64,000 nucleotides of DNA from Akkermansiaceae bacterium (GCA_051251915.1 JBPOGF010000001.1:256001-320000), one strand, 5' to 3'. Shown: positions 20,184-29,540, numbered from the stretch's first letter. Notes: generated by a model not told the origin, from the letters alone. Numbers and translations are program-made.

Positions 20184-21611
20184 ATGACTAGGTTAGAAAT
20201 GGTTATGTTTGCAAAGTTCATGATGATCATTCTAAGTGTTGGGGTTACGGCCTGTAGTCTTCCTCCGGATACTTTGTTATGGAATGATAGGACGAAGTCA
20301 AAGTCTGTGGGAATGTCTACTGAGGCTTTTACTAAGGTGGTGGTGCTGGGGAATCTGACTACGCTGGTGAGGAATCCGGTGACGAGTAATAAGAAGCGGT
20401 TCTGGATGTGGAAGAAGCGTTCTGAGATAGTGGCTGGGGATGTGACTGTGTTTACTGCTGTAGATGATGGATACCGTGCTGAGCATGGAATTGAAGATAT
20501 GCTGGATAAGATGAAGTTGCCTCAGCGGGTTGGTGGGACTGTTGATTATTTGATTGATGGGGAGGCTTTTTTTGGTGCGTTGCAGGATTCTGTGAATGCT
20601 GCTGAGCGGAGGATAGATACGCGGGTGTTTATTTATGATAATGATGATTTGGCGGTGGCGTATTCTGATCATTTGAAGAGGCGGAGTAAGGAGGTGCGGT
20701 GTAGGGTGCTGATGGATGAGTTGGGGTCTCTTACTAGCTGGTGGGGGGAGCCGGAGAGTGAGATGCTGGAGGGGTTTCAGCCGCCGAGTTCTATGCCGCA
20801 TTATTTAGAGCGGGATAGTAAGGTAAGTGCTAGGCTTTCGAAGAATCCGGGGTTGGTGACTGATCATACGAAGTTGTTTATTTTTGATGAGAAGGAGGCT
20901 TATCTTGGGGGGATGAATGTAGGGAGGGAGTATCGGATAGATTGGCACGATATGATGGTGCGAGTGAAGGGGCCGGTGGTGAGCATTCTACAGAATGAGT
21001 TTAATAAGGCGTGGCGGTTGCAGGGGAGGACTGGTGACTGGACGTTTCCGATTAAGTTGGCTAAGCGTTATCGTAAGACGATTAATGAGGGGGAGTTGGG
21101 GATTAGGGTTTTGAAGACTTCACCGGGTAAGGTAGAGATTGAGAAGGCTGTTATTGGTGCGATACGGATGGCGAAGGAGCGGGTATATATCCAGAACTCG
21201 TATTTCACTTCAAATTCTCTTGAGGCGGAGCTTATTGCAGCGTTGGAGCGTGGTGTGGAGGTGAAGTTGGTATTTCCGTATGAGAATGATTCTAAGTTAT
21301 TGGCGAAGAGTAATGAGCATTTTGCGCATAGTTTATTGGGTGCTGGGGCGAAGGTTTATTCATACCCTGGGTTTACTCATGTGAAGGCGCTTGTGGTGGA
21401 TGATTGGGTTTGTGTGGGGTCCGCTAATTTTGATGCGCTGAGTATGCGGATTAATGAGGAGATTAACATTGCTTTTAGTGATGAGGAATACTCACAAAAG
21501 TTAGTTAACGAGCTATTTGAGAAAGATATTAGGGCGTCTACTCGCTTGTATGATATAGAGGTTTCATCGGCTGAGAAGGCTTTGTTGAAGCCTATTGTGG
21601 ATCAGTTATAG
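20184..21611 (+). CDS. Phospholipase D family protein (cardiolipin synthase-like)
   Basis: Two HKD motifs: HTKLFIFD...GGMN and HVKALVVD...GSANFD. Possible lipobox VTAC. Confidence 0.88.
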   Translation: MTRLEMVMFAKFMMIILSVGVTACSLPPDTLLWNDRTKSKSVGMSTEAFTKVVVLGNLTTLVRNPVTSNKKRFWMWKKRSEIVAGDVTVFTAVDDGYRAEHGIEDMLDKMKLPQRVGGTVDYLIDGEAFFGALQDSVNAAERRIDTRVFIYDNDDLAVAYSDHLKRRSKEVRCRVLMDELGSLTSWWGEPESEMLEGFQPPSSMPHYLERDSKVSARLSKNPGLVTDHTKLFIFDEKEAYLGGMNVGREYRIDWHDMMVRVKGPVVSILQNEFNKAWRLQGRTGDWTFPIKLAKRYRKTINEGELGIRVLKTSPGKVEIEKAVIGAIRMAKERVYIQNSYFTSNSLEAELIAALERGVEVKLVFPYENDSKLLAKSNEHFAHSLLGAGAKVYSYPGFTHVKALVVDDWVCVGSANFDALSMRINEEINIAFSDEEYSQKLVNELFEKDIRASTRLYDIEVSSAEKALLKPIVDQL

Positions 21612-21762
21612 GGGAGATTTGGGATTTTTAGTGGGTTGATTGTTGTTTGGTATGGTGGGTAGTTTATGGGGATAGGGGCGTTTTTGTGAACGAATATAAC
21701 TTATTGTCGATATGGTGATATTTTGTTTTGACATGATTCTTTTTCTGGGTGAGTATATCTTT

Positions 21763-21778
21763 ATTGCTAATTAGCTAT
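21763..21778 (+). promoter_or_regulatory. Near-palindromic operator candidate upstream of the rhodanese operon
   Basis: ATTGCTAATTAGCTAT lies downstream of TTGACA (21728-21733) and just before the ATG. Confidence 0.45.
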
Positions 21779-21792
21779 ATTTAAAATTTATT

Positions 21793-22365
21793 ATGAACAA
21801 TCGATCAATTATTTACTGTGAGGAACTGAAGGATTTATTATCTGGCACTGGAGGGGAGTGTGTCTTGGTGGATGTGCGTGAGCCTGTGGAGCATGCGGAG
21901 ATGCATATTGAGGGTGCGAAGTTGATTCCTCTTGGTCAGCTGGAAAGCAGGAGGGGGGAGATAAAGGATGATTCAACTATCGTGGTGATGTGCAGGGGTG
22001 GGAAGCGTGGTATGGAGGCGCTGAATAAATTGGAGGCTATGGGATTTGGTGATGTGCGGAATCTTGAGGGTGGGATTATGGCGTGGAACTCGGCTGGGTA
22101 TGCTGTTAATCAAGGTGAGAAGAAGGTTTTTCCTTTGATGCAGCAGGTTCAGATTACGATAGGGGTGGGTGTGCTGCTGGGGGTGATACTTTCTATGACG
22201 GTTCATCCGAGTTTTATTTATCTTAGTGCCTTCTTTGGTGCAGGGTTGCTCTTTGCTGAGATTTCTGGATGGTGTGGTTTGGCTATTTTGCTGTCTAAGA
22301 TGCCGTGGAATCGGGTGGATGGTGCGTCATGTGGTTCTGGTAAGAGTTGTTCATTGCAAAACTAG
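21793..22365 (+). CDS. Rhodanese domain + DUF2892 membrane protein (YgaP-like)
   Basis: VDVREPVEH, CRGGKRG, NLEGGIMAW; C-terminal QVQITIG...FFGAGL...GWCGLA..L.KMPWN. Confidence 0.9.
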   Translation: MNNRSIIYCEELKDLLSGTGGECVLVDVREPVEHAEMHIEGAKLIPLGQLESRRGEIKDDSTIVVMCRGGKRGMEALNKLEAMGFGDVRNLEGGIMAWNSAGYAVNQGEKKVFPLMQQVQITIGVGVLLGVILSMTVHPSFIYLSAFFGAGLLFAEISGWCGLAILLSKMPWNRVDGASCGSGKSCSLQN

Positions 22366-22405
22366 GGTAGGTTGTCCGAATTGAAATTTTAACTAGACTG
22401 ATCTT

Positions 22406-23836
22406 ATGTTTCTTAAACAAATTACTGATTCATCATTGGCTCAAAATGCTTATTTGATTGGGTGTCAACGGACTGGTGAGGCTATTGTTGTGGACCCTGA
22501 GCGCGATGTGGATAGGTATTTAAAACTAGCTGTGGAGAACGACTTTAGAATCACGGCGGTTGCTGATACGCACATTCATGCGGATTATCTGAGTGGTGCG
22601 CGTGAGCTGATGGAGCACCATGATGCTGTGGGGTATTTTTCTGCTGAGGGGGGATCGGATTGGCAGTTTGAGTGGGCTAAGGGGTATGCGAAGTCGGTGT
22701 TTTTGAATGATGGTGATGTGATTAAGGTGGGTAATATAGAGCTGAAGGCTTTGTTGACTGCGGGGCATACGCCGGAGCATATGAGTTTTTTGGTTACTGA
22801 TATTGGAGGTGGGGCTACGGAGCCGATTGGTCTACTGAGTGGTGATTTTATTTTTGTGGGTGATGTGGGGCGTCCAGATCTGCTGGAGAGTGCTGCGGGG
22901 CAGATGGGTAATATGGAGCCAAGTGCGCGGACGCTTTATGGTAGTTTGGTGAGGACTTCTGCATTGTCGGGGCATATTCAGATTTTGCCTGCTCATGGGG
23001 CGGGGAGTGCGTGTGGTAAGGCTTTAGGTGCGGTGCCGTCGAGTGTGTTGGGGTATGAGCGTCTTAATAATGGTGCTCTGCGTGTGGCGCTGGAGGGGAG
23101 GCAGGATGAATTTGTGAAGGAGATTCTGTCTGGGCAGCCGGAGCCGCCGCATTATTTTGCGCGGATGAAGCGTGATAATAAGTTGGGACCTGCTTTGCTG
23201 GAAGGTGGGGAGATTCCTCGACCAAGACGTGTTGAGGCTGGTGAAATTAGTGGTTTGTTAGAAGGAGGGGATTTTACTTTTCTTGATCTACGTCATGATC
23301 GTGAGGAGTTCATGGGGAGGCATTTAAGGAGGTCTCTGTTTACACCGATGCCTGGGGGGAAGCTTTCTAGTGTGGCGGGGTCTTATGTGGATGATGACGC
23401 GTCGATCATTTTGCTGCTCAATGAGGCTAACGAGCTGGATGAGGCGGTGAGACAGCTTATTCGGATTGGTCTGGATAAGGTGGAAGGTTGGATTTTGGTG
23501 GGTGATGCGTTGGCGGTAGAGGGGGTTTCTAGGAGCCAGGAATCGATCACAGCGGCTGAGTTGGAGGGGGCTTTAGGTGCGAATCCAGAGGCTGTGGTTA
23601 TCGATGTGAGAGGAGCGGGTGAGTATGAAGAGAGTCATGTGGTGGGGGCTAAGAACATTGCTTACACACGATTAGCGGCTCGGTTGGATGAAGTTCCTAG
23701 GGATCAGAAAACCTATGTTCACTGTGGTAGTGGACAGCGTGCTAGTTTTGCGGTTTCTTTTCTAGCTAATGAGGTCGATGACCTTGTGTATGTGAATGGA
23801 TTCTTTGCAGATATAGCTGATCGACTTAAAGCCTGA
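22406..23836 (+). CDS. MBL-fold persulfide dioxygenase-like hydrolase fused to two rhodanese domains (CstB-like)
   Basis: DTHIHADYLSG, GHTPEH, GDVGRPDL, PAHGAGSACGK; C-terminal rhodanese IDVRG...HCGSGQR. Confidence 0.9.
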   Translation: MFLKQITDSSLAQNAYLIGCQRTGEAIVVDPERDVDRYLKLAVENDFRITAVADTHIHADYLSGARELMEHHDAVGYFSAEGGSDWQFEWAKGYAKSVFLNDGDVIKVGNIELKALLTAGHTPEHMSFLVTDIGGGATEPIGLLSGDFIFVGDVGRPDLLESAAGQMGNMEPSARTLYGSLVRTSALSGHIQILPAHGAGSACGKALGAVPSSVLGYERLNNGALRVALEGRQDEFVKEILSGQPEPPHYFARMKRDNKLGPALLEGGEIPRPRRVEAGEISGLLEGGDFTFLDLRHDREEFMGRHLRRSLFTPMPGGKLSSVAGSYVDDDASIILLLNEANELDEAVRQLIRIGLDKVEGWILVGDALAVEGVSRSQESITAAELEGALGANPEAVVIDVRGAGEYEESHVVGAKNIAYTRLAARLDEVPRDQKTYVHCGSGQRASFAVSFLANEVDDLVYVNGFFADIADRLKA

Positions 23837-24058
23837 TGAATGTGATTGCTTTGCTGGGAGCCTGTTTGATAGGGGTTTACACTAGGGCTGAAGCGTGTGG
23901 GAGGGAGTATTCTTGCGCTTCCTGTGCTGGTTTAGCTGGGTTAGGGGGGGCTGCTTGGTGCTAGTTTTGCGAAGCATCTTTCGGTTTCCAGGCTGCGGCA
24001 GCGTTTCGCTGTTATGGTTATTGTTATTGGCACGTTCGTGCTTTGGAAAAGGCTTTAA
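23836..24058 (+). pseudogene. Remnant of a TauE/SafE sulfite exporter (frameshift, stop, large internal deletion)
   Basis: TGATG-coupled start. Reads MNVIALLGACLIGV /frameshift/ TLGLKRVGGSILALPVLV-TAG, then GGLLGASFAKHLSVSRLRQRFAVMVIVIGTFVLWKRL*, matching the N- and C-terminal ends of TauE. Confidence 0.8.
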
Positions 24059-24068
24059 GGTGAATTCT

Positions 24069-25268
24069 CTAATTGGCAAGGTTGAGTCGCTTTCCTGTGG
24101 CATCAATTACAGTTGATTTGATGAGGAGGTAGTGCTCTTTATTGGAGTTTGGGATGTTTACTTTTAGAACATGAGTAAGGTCATCCCTGGCTGTGAGATT
24201 AAAGTTTGCCTTGTGTTTCAAGATTTTGATAGGAGCGTCTTTATCTAGTGGCGCTTTACTATCTCCAGGTTTACAGAAATTCATGTTAGCGGTTTGGTGG
24301 TAATTGAGTTGATGATCAATTTCGATACTGAGACCTTTAATCGAGGCTTGGAATTGTAGCTTATGTCCTAGAAATGATTTAGGTTTTAGTGTTTCTCTTA
24401 TGATTTCAATGGTGGCTTGTTCGTTTGGACGAGTAACGATGCTTGGGAGTGATGCTGTTTCGGTTCCTTTAAGCTGTGCTGTGAATCTTAGTAGAATTTG
24501 TTTTTCGCCTTCTGTTAGAATTCCTTTTGCGAGGATATTCTTAATTTCTGGAGTCATGGTCAATGGGCTATAGCTGATGATTTTACTAAGAATCTTTATT
24601 TGAACGGGTGAAATAGAATTCACATTTTCGACGATTCGTTTTACTCGTTCTGCCGAATGAGCTGGACCTTGGATGATTAATGTGGCGGTTTGGCGCTTAT
24701 AGAACAATTGAAGTTTTTTGTCATCCACTAGGAGGTTTAGGTTTTTGATGCTTGTGATTTTGGTGCTTTGGGCTTCCTCGTTGATGAGATCTGGCGCGAC
24801 TTGGAGGTTTATCGTTACGGGAGCTTCGTCTTCTATGCTGGCTTGAGTCGAAATGATATAAGACTGATCTTTCACTTTCATCTCCATTCCGTGAATGGCG
24901 CAAAGTTGATTGAGTATTTCCTCGAAGTTACCCTGAAGCTTAACGGAGAATTTGGGGTGTTTAATGGGTTCAGGGTCTTCAAGTTTGATTAGCAGAGGCA
25001 GAGGGGTTTCTAAGGTTTCTTCACAGCTCACAAGGTATCTTTTCTTCAATAAAGCGATTGATGATTTAAAGTTCATACGCGCAAAATCAATTTCATCGAT
25101 TCTGAATTTTTTTAAATCATTGAACTCGTGAGTTTGTTTTATTGATGGCCTGGAAATATGAAGTGGCAATTGATCGGTTTTCTTCTCCTTAGTGGTTACT
25201 GCAGGTTTTGCAGAGCTTATAGGACTTAGGAGAAATAAGGGTGTTAGGCATGTGAGTAATACTTTCAT
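24069..25268 (-). CDS. Exported hypothetical protein with secretin-like segments
   Basis: Signal peptide; N-domain-like region; QIKILSKII and LPSIVTRPNEQATIEIIRE resemble a secretin core motif. Confidence 0.6.
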   Translation of the reverse strand: MKVLLTCLTPLFLLSPISSAKPAVTTKEKKTDQLPLHISRPSIKQTHEFNDLKKFRIDEIDFARMNFKSSIALLKKRYLVSCEETLETPLPLLIKLEDPEPIKHPKFSVKLQGNFEEILNQLCAIHGMEMKVKDQSYIISTQASIEDEAPVTINLQVAPDLINEEAQSTKITSIKNLNLLVDDKKLQLFYKRQTATLIIQGPAHSAERVKRIVENVNSISPVQIKILSKIISYSPLTMTPEIKNILAKGILTEGEKQILLRFTAQLKGTETASLPSIVTRPNEQATIEIIRETLKPKSFLGHKLQFQASIKGLSIEIDHQLNYHQTANMNFCKPGDSKAPLDKDAPIKILKHKANFNLTARDDLTHVLKVNIPNSNKEHYLLIKSTVIDATGKRLNLAN

Positions 25269-25430
25269 ATAATATATCATGCACACGAAATATTTATGGA
25301 GAACACATAATTTGTAGATTTGTAAAATTTAGAGCGGATTTTACAATGTTTATGTGCTGTTAGATCATCTTGTAACTTACAAGGAGTGAAATGTAAAAGA
25401 GTGCTAGATTATGTTTTGTTAGTAAAAGTA

Positions 25431-25459
25431 TTGACAGGTGTGCTTGTTTTTATTTTTAT
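25431..25459 (+). promoter_or_regulatory. Sigma70-like promoter for the leader/EamA/ABC unit
   Basis: Perfect TTGACA, 17 nt spacer, then a weak TTTTAT. Confidence 0.5.
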
Positions 25460-25468
25460 CCCGTTCTC

Positions 25469-25540
25469 GTGAACTCTATTAAATCATTTACACATTGCGT
25501 CTATCGCTGGCTTCTGCCAAGCGGTTGCGGTGTTGTGTGA
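25469..25540 (+). CDS. Putative attenuator leader peptide (MNSIKSFTHCVYRWLLPSGCGVV)
   Basis: 23-codon GTG ORF just after the promoter; its 3' end can pair with the 5' arm of the downstream terminator. Confidence 0.65.
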   Translation: MNSIKSFTHCVYRWLLPSGCGVV

Positions 25541-25575
25541 TTTTTAGTTAGTTCATTTATGGAATGAAAAACACG

Positions 25576-25608
25576 ACCCGCTTCGAATCATCGAGATGCG
25601 GGTTTTTT
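25576..25608 (+). terminator. Attenuator terminator in the 5' leader of the EamA gene
   Basis: ACCCGC-TTCGA-ATCA-TCGAGAT-GCGGGT followed by TTTTT, about 60 nt before the EamA ATG. Confidence 0.8.
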
Positions 25609-25667
25609 GTTACCAGGGATCCTGATTTTTCGAAGTAGGTCATTTAATATATCAATAATGATGACCA

Positions 25668-26573
25668 ATGAAAACTATAACTAACAATCGTAGCTCTTTA
25701 ACGAGCTATCTTATTATTATATCAGGCTCCTTTTTGTTTTGTTCAAAAGGGATTCTGGTGAAGGAGTTATTTTCTCACGGCTTTAATGCTGAGGAAGTGC
25801 TCGCTCTCAGAATGCTAACAGCAATGCCTTTCTATGCTATTGCTGGTGTAATACTGTTCAAATCCTGGAGTAAGATCTCACGCCGTGACATTGGGTGGAT
25901 ATTCATGTTTTCCTTTATTGGCTTTTTCTTGTGCTCCTTGATTAATTTTATGGGATTGCAGCATGTGAGCGTGGGGCTTGAGCGGGTAATTCTGTTCTCT
26001 TATCCGAGCTTAGTATTGTTAGGCGGAGCATTGTTGCATAAGCAGAAGCATGGCAAGTTACAGTATGTAGCTTGTGCCTTGACTTGGGCGGGATTGATTC
26101 TTGTTGTTGCTGATGAGGTTTCCTTTTCTGGGGATAAGCATGCTATTCTCTATGGATCTTTACTGATCTTTCTTAGTGCTTTGATATACGCTTGGTATCT
26201 ATTGTTCGCGAAGCCTGTAATCAAGCGGGTAGGGGCGAAGAATTCCACTACGCTTGGGATGAATATTTCCTGTCTGATTGTGTTAGGCTATTATTGTTCT
26301 CAGAATGGGACGGAAATGTCAGGTGAGTGGACTCCTAAGACGATCAGCTATGTGGTAATGATCGGTGTGTTAGGGACGGTAGCTCCAACTTATTTGTTGA
26401 GTATCGGTCTGTCGCGGGTTTCCAGCTCGTCTTATGCGATAGTTTCTTCGATAGGGCCTATCGTAACGATTATTGTCGCTTCGCTCATCTCTCAACATAT
26501 GCCTAGCATTACCCAAGGGTTTGGGATGAGTCTTGCACTCGGTTCCAGTATTTTCACCAATCTCAAAAGTTAA
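25668..26573 (+). CDS. EamA/DMT family transporter
   Basis: About 10 TM segments in two EamA repeats; SKGILVK, GLERVILFSYP, GTVAPTYL, SIGPIVT. Confidence 0.92.
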   Translation: MKTITNNRSSLTSYLIIISGSFLFCSKGILVKELFSHGFNAEEVLALRMLTAMPFYAIAGVILFKSWSKISRRDIGWIFMFSFIGFFLCSLINFMGLQHVSVGLERVILFSYPSLVLLGGALLHKQKHGKLQYVACALTWAGLILVVADEVSFSGDKHAILYGSLLIFLSALIYAWYLLFAKPVIKRVGAKNSTTLGMNISCLIVLGYYCSQNGTEMSGEWTPKTISYVVMIGVLGTVAPTYLLSIGLSRVSSSSYAIVSSIGPIVTIIVASLISQHMPSITQGFGMSLALGSSIFTNLKS

Positions 26574-26643
26574 GTTAATATTTAAACCAATACAATAGGG
26601 GAGTCGTTCTTAGACTTAGGAGGAAGGCTTCCCGACTAAAAAA

Positions 26644-28407
26644 ATGAATTCAATACCTAAAAAAATAGTGCCTTTCTTGTGGCACTTTATCGTACCTTAC
26701 CGGAAGTGGATGATCGGGGCTGTGGTGTGTGGTATCTTCTGGGCTATCGAAAGCTCAGCCAGCCCATACGTGCTCAAATACATCGTGGATACAATCTCGA
26801 TCTATGACGGTAGCCTTGATAAGCTATGGGAGGTTTTACTGATACCAGTCATTCTCTACGCGTTCTTATGGATTATAAGAGCGCTAAGTATTCGGGTTTC
26901 TGAATGGTGTGCACTTAAAACTTATCCATCAATGACCTTAGATATTACGGTGGCTATGTTCAGCTATCTTAAAGATCATTCTCACCAATATTTCCAAAAT
27001 AACTTTGCAGGGAGCTTACAGAATAAGATCTCAGATATGGCGGCAGGTTCGACTGCTATGATCCGAAAAGTAGAAGAGGCATTAGCTCAATGTATATTAG
27101 TCTCTGTGGCTATCTGTACGATGTCAATCGTTCACCCATTCTTTGGCGGTGTTCTAGCTTTGTGGCTAATACTGTTCGTATCTATCGCTGTAGCATTCAG
27201 TAAGTCGATCCGTAAGAGAGCTGAAGCATTCTCTGAATCTCGATCACGGCATGTAGGTAAAGTAGTGGATAGCATCGGTAATGTGCAGAATACTCGCTTA
27301 TTCACGATGAAGCGTCATGAGGTAGGAGTCATCCGAGAGGCTGTTTCTGAGACTTGTAGTAAGGACAAAGCTATGCAGGCATTCATCTTACGCGTCAGGA
27401 TGATGTGAGATGTCACATTCATCGGGCTTATGGTGGGTATGCTGATTTTATTGATTCATATGTACCAGGCGGGTCGAGTAACCATCGGTGATTTCATTTT
27501 TATAATGAGCTTGTGTCGCGCTGTAGTTTACCCTGTTTGGTGGTTAGCTACGCAAATGATCGAGTTCTCTGGTGATGTGGGGAAATGTCAGCAGGCATTA
27601 TCGATCATCACACCTGAACACGATATTGTAGATATAGAGAATGCTAGTGAGCTTAAGGTGGCGAAGGGTGAAATACGCTTTGATCAAGTGAACTTTGAGT
27701 ATCACAAGAGTAGTCATGTATTCCAAAATGTATCTGTGACGATTCCTGCTGGGCAAAAGGTAGGTTTAGTCGGGTTCTCAGGAGCTGGTAAAAGCACCTT
27801 TGTGAATTTGCTACTTCGTTTCTATGATGTCGATTCTGGTAAAATACAAATCGATGGGGAAAATATCTCAGAGGTAACTCAAGACAGCTTGCGTAGTCAC
27901 CTTTCCATGATTCCTCAGGATACGAGTCTTTTTCACCGTAGTTTGATGGATAACATTAGATACGGGCGAGAAGGAGCGAGTGATGAAGAGGTGATAGAAG
28001 CAGCTAAACAAGCATACTGCGACGAGTTCATTCAGGAGCTGCCTGAGAACTATGAAGCATTGGTCGGAGAACGCGGAGTGAAACTCTCTGGTGGACAGCG
28101 ACAGAGGATAGCAATAGCCAGAGCCATTCTTAAGAACGCTCCTATCTTGATCCTTGATGAAGCGACTTCAGCTTTAGATTCCGTTACAGAGAAATACATT
28201 CAACGAGGACTTGATACTTTAATGGAAGGAAGAACAGCGATCGTTATTGCTCACCGTCTCTCTACTCTTTCCCAGATGGATAGGATCTTAGTTTTTGATA
28301 AAGGGAAAATCATCGAAGATGGGAGCCCTGAGGAACTGATTTCTAACGATGGCCATTACGCAAATATGTGGAATATGCAGGCTGGTGGATTTTTAGCCAG
28401 CGATTGA
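26644..28407 (+). pseudogene. ABC exporter (TMD + NBD fusion) interrupted by one in-frame TGA at 27406-27408
   Basis: ORFs 26644-27408 and 27430-28407 share a frame. Read-through gives 587 aa with GFSGAGKST, LSGGQRQR, LDEATSALD and IAHRLST. Confidence 0.85.
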
Positions 28408-28437
28408 TGCCGTATTCGGATGTATTGTTTTATTTTT

Positions 28438-28472
28438 AAGCCTCATTGCATCATTGTAATGAGGCTTTTTTT
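28438..28472 (+). terminator. Intrinsic terminator after the ABC exporter
   Basis: AAGCCTCATTGCA-TCAT-TGTAATGAGGCTT followed by a T run. Confidence 0.85.
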
Positions 28473-28545
28473 AAAGGTGAAAATACTAGGTGATCAGAGG
28501 TAAGTTTTTTCTGAGGGTAAGGTTTTTGGGGGAAGTTGTTAGATC

Positions 28546-29358
28546 TTAAAAGATACGTTCTTTTGCGGGGTGGACTCTGGCGTAGTGGCGGGAGTTTTGT
28601 TGCTCTAAGGTGATCTCTGTGTTGAAGAGGTCTGAGAGGGATTGGCTTGTTAGGGTGTCTTGTATGGGGCCAGAGGCTAGGGGTTTGCCGTCTTTGATTT
28701 GAAGGGCGTGGGTGAAGGATGGGGTGATCTCTTCTACGTGGTGGGTGATCATGATGACGGTGAGGTCTGGGCGCTGCTGCATGAGGTGATCTAGGAAGGC
28801 TAGGTAGTGCTCGCGGGCGGCGGGGTCTAGGCCGGCGCAGGGCTCGTCTAGGACGAGGAGCTTGGCGTCGTTCATGATGGCGCGGGCGATGAGGATGCGT
28901 TGCTTTTCTCCTTGGGAGAGGAATTGCCATTCGCGGTCGCGAATGTCCCAGGTGTGGGTCTCGTGGAGGACGGCGATGGTTTGTCTGACGGCGGCTTTGT
29001 CTGAGTGCTCGGTGCCTTGCCAGAAGTTTAGGGAGCCGTCTTTTCCGGTGAGGACTACGTCGGCGGCGAGTTGATCTTCATCGATGAGGGATGAGATGTG
29101 TGAGGAGACGATGCCGATGTGGAGGCGGCGGTCTGGCCAGCCGTTGGTATCGTCCACGTAGCCTTCTAGGACTGAGATTTTTCCGGAGGTGGGCTGGAGG
29201 TAGCCGGTGATCATGTGGATGAGGGAGCTTTTTCCGCAGCCGTTGGCGCCCATGACGATCCAGTTTTCACCGGGGTTTACGGTCCAGTTGAGGTCATCTA
29301 GGATGGTGTGATCTCGTTGATGGGTGATGTTGGTTACTTTGATGATTGGTGAAGGCAT
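28546..29358 (-). CDS. ABC transporter ATP-binding protein (ModF/YlmA-like)
   Basis: GANGCGKS, LSQGEKQRILIARA, LDEPCAGLD, ITHHVEEI. Confidence 0.9.
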   Translation of the reverse strand: MPSPIIKVTNITHQRDHTILDDLNWTVNPGENWIVMGANGCGKSSLIHMITGYLQPTSGKISVLEGYVDDTNGWPDRRLHIGIVSSHISSLIDEDQLAADVVLTGKDGSLNFWQGTEHSDKAAVRQTIAVLHETHTWDIRDREWQFLSQGEKQRILIARAIMNDAKLLVLDEPCAGLDPAAREHYLAFLDHLMQQRPDLTVIMITHHVEEITPSFTHALQIKDGKPLASGPIQDTLTSQSLSDLFNTEITLEQQNSRHYARVHPAKERIF

Positions 29359-29481
29359 AGGAAAATGGGTAATGGAGAAAGGTTAAAGGGCTTGGTGCTT
29401 AGTTGGCTTGTGTTACTGGAGTTTTTATATCGTGTAATGGATTAAAGGCACGAAAAATTGGTGGGGATTTTTTGGGGAATG

Positions 29482-29517
29482 CAAACGGGTGACTTCTTTG
29501 TGGAAGTCACCCGTTTG
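29482..29517 (-). terminator. Strong hairpin, probable terminator downstream of the TlpA gene
   Basis: CAAACGGGTGACTTC / GAAGTCACCCGTTTG perfect 15-bp inverted repeat. Confidence 0.7.
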
Positions 29518-29540
29518 GAGGTAAGATTTTGTTGGGGGTG

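Noticed and set aside
25304..25356. Inverted repeat CACATAA..TTGTAAAAT/ATTTTACAA..TTATGTG between divergent genes
   Set aside because: AT-rich and imperfect; could be an operator but there is no independent support.
25469..25540. Leader as a TnaC homologue; shared MNSI start with the ABC gene
   Set aside because: It lacks the TnaC W-x3-D...P-stop pattern and uses an intrinsic terminator. A four-residue match with different codons is probably chance.
26597..26633. GGGGAGTC...GGCTTCCC hairpin between the EamA and ABC genes
   Set aside because: No U-tract and no recognisable RNA motif; function cannot be supported from sequence.
27409..27460. SECIS after the ABC-exporter UGA (selenocysteine insertion)
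   Set aside because: Only weak G-U-rich pairing downstream, and the position is in a membrane-domain helix where Trp is more likely than a catalytic Cys/Sec.
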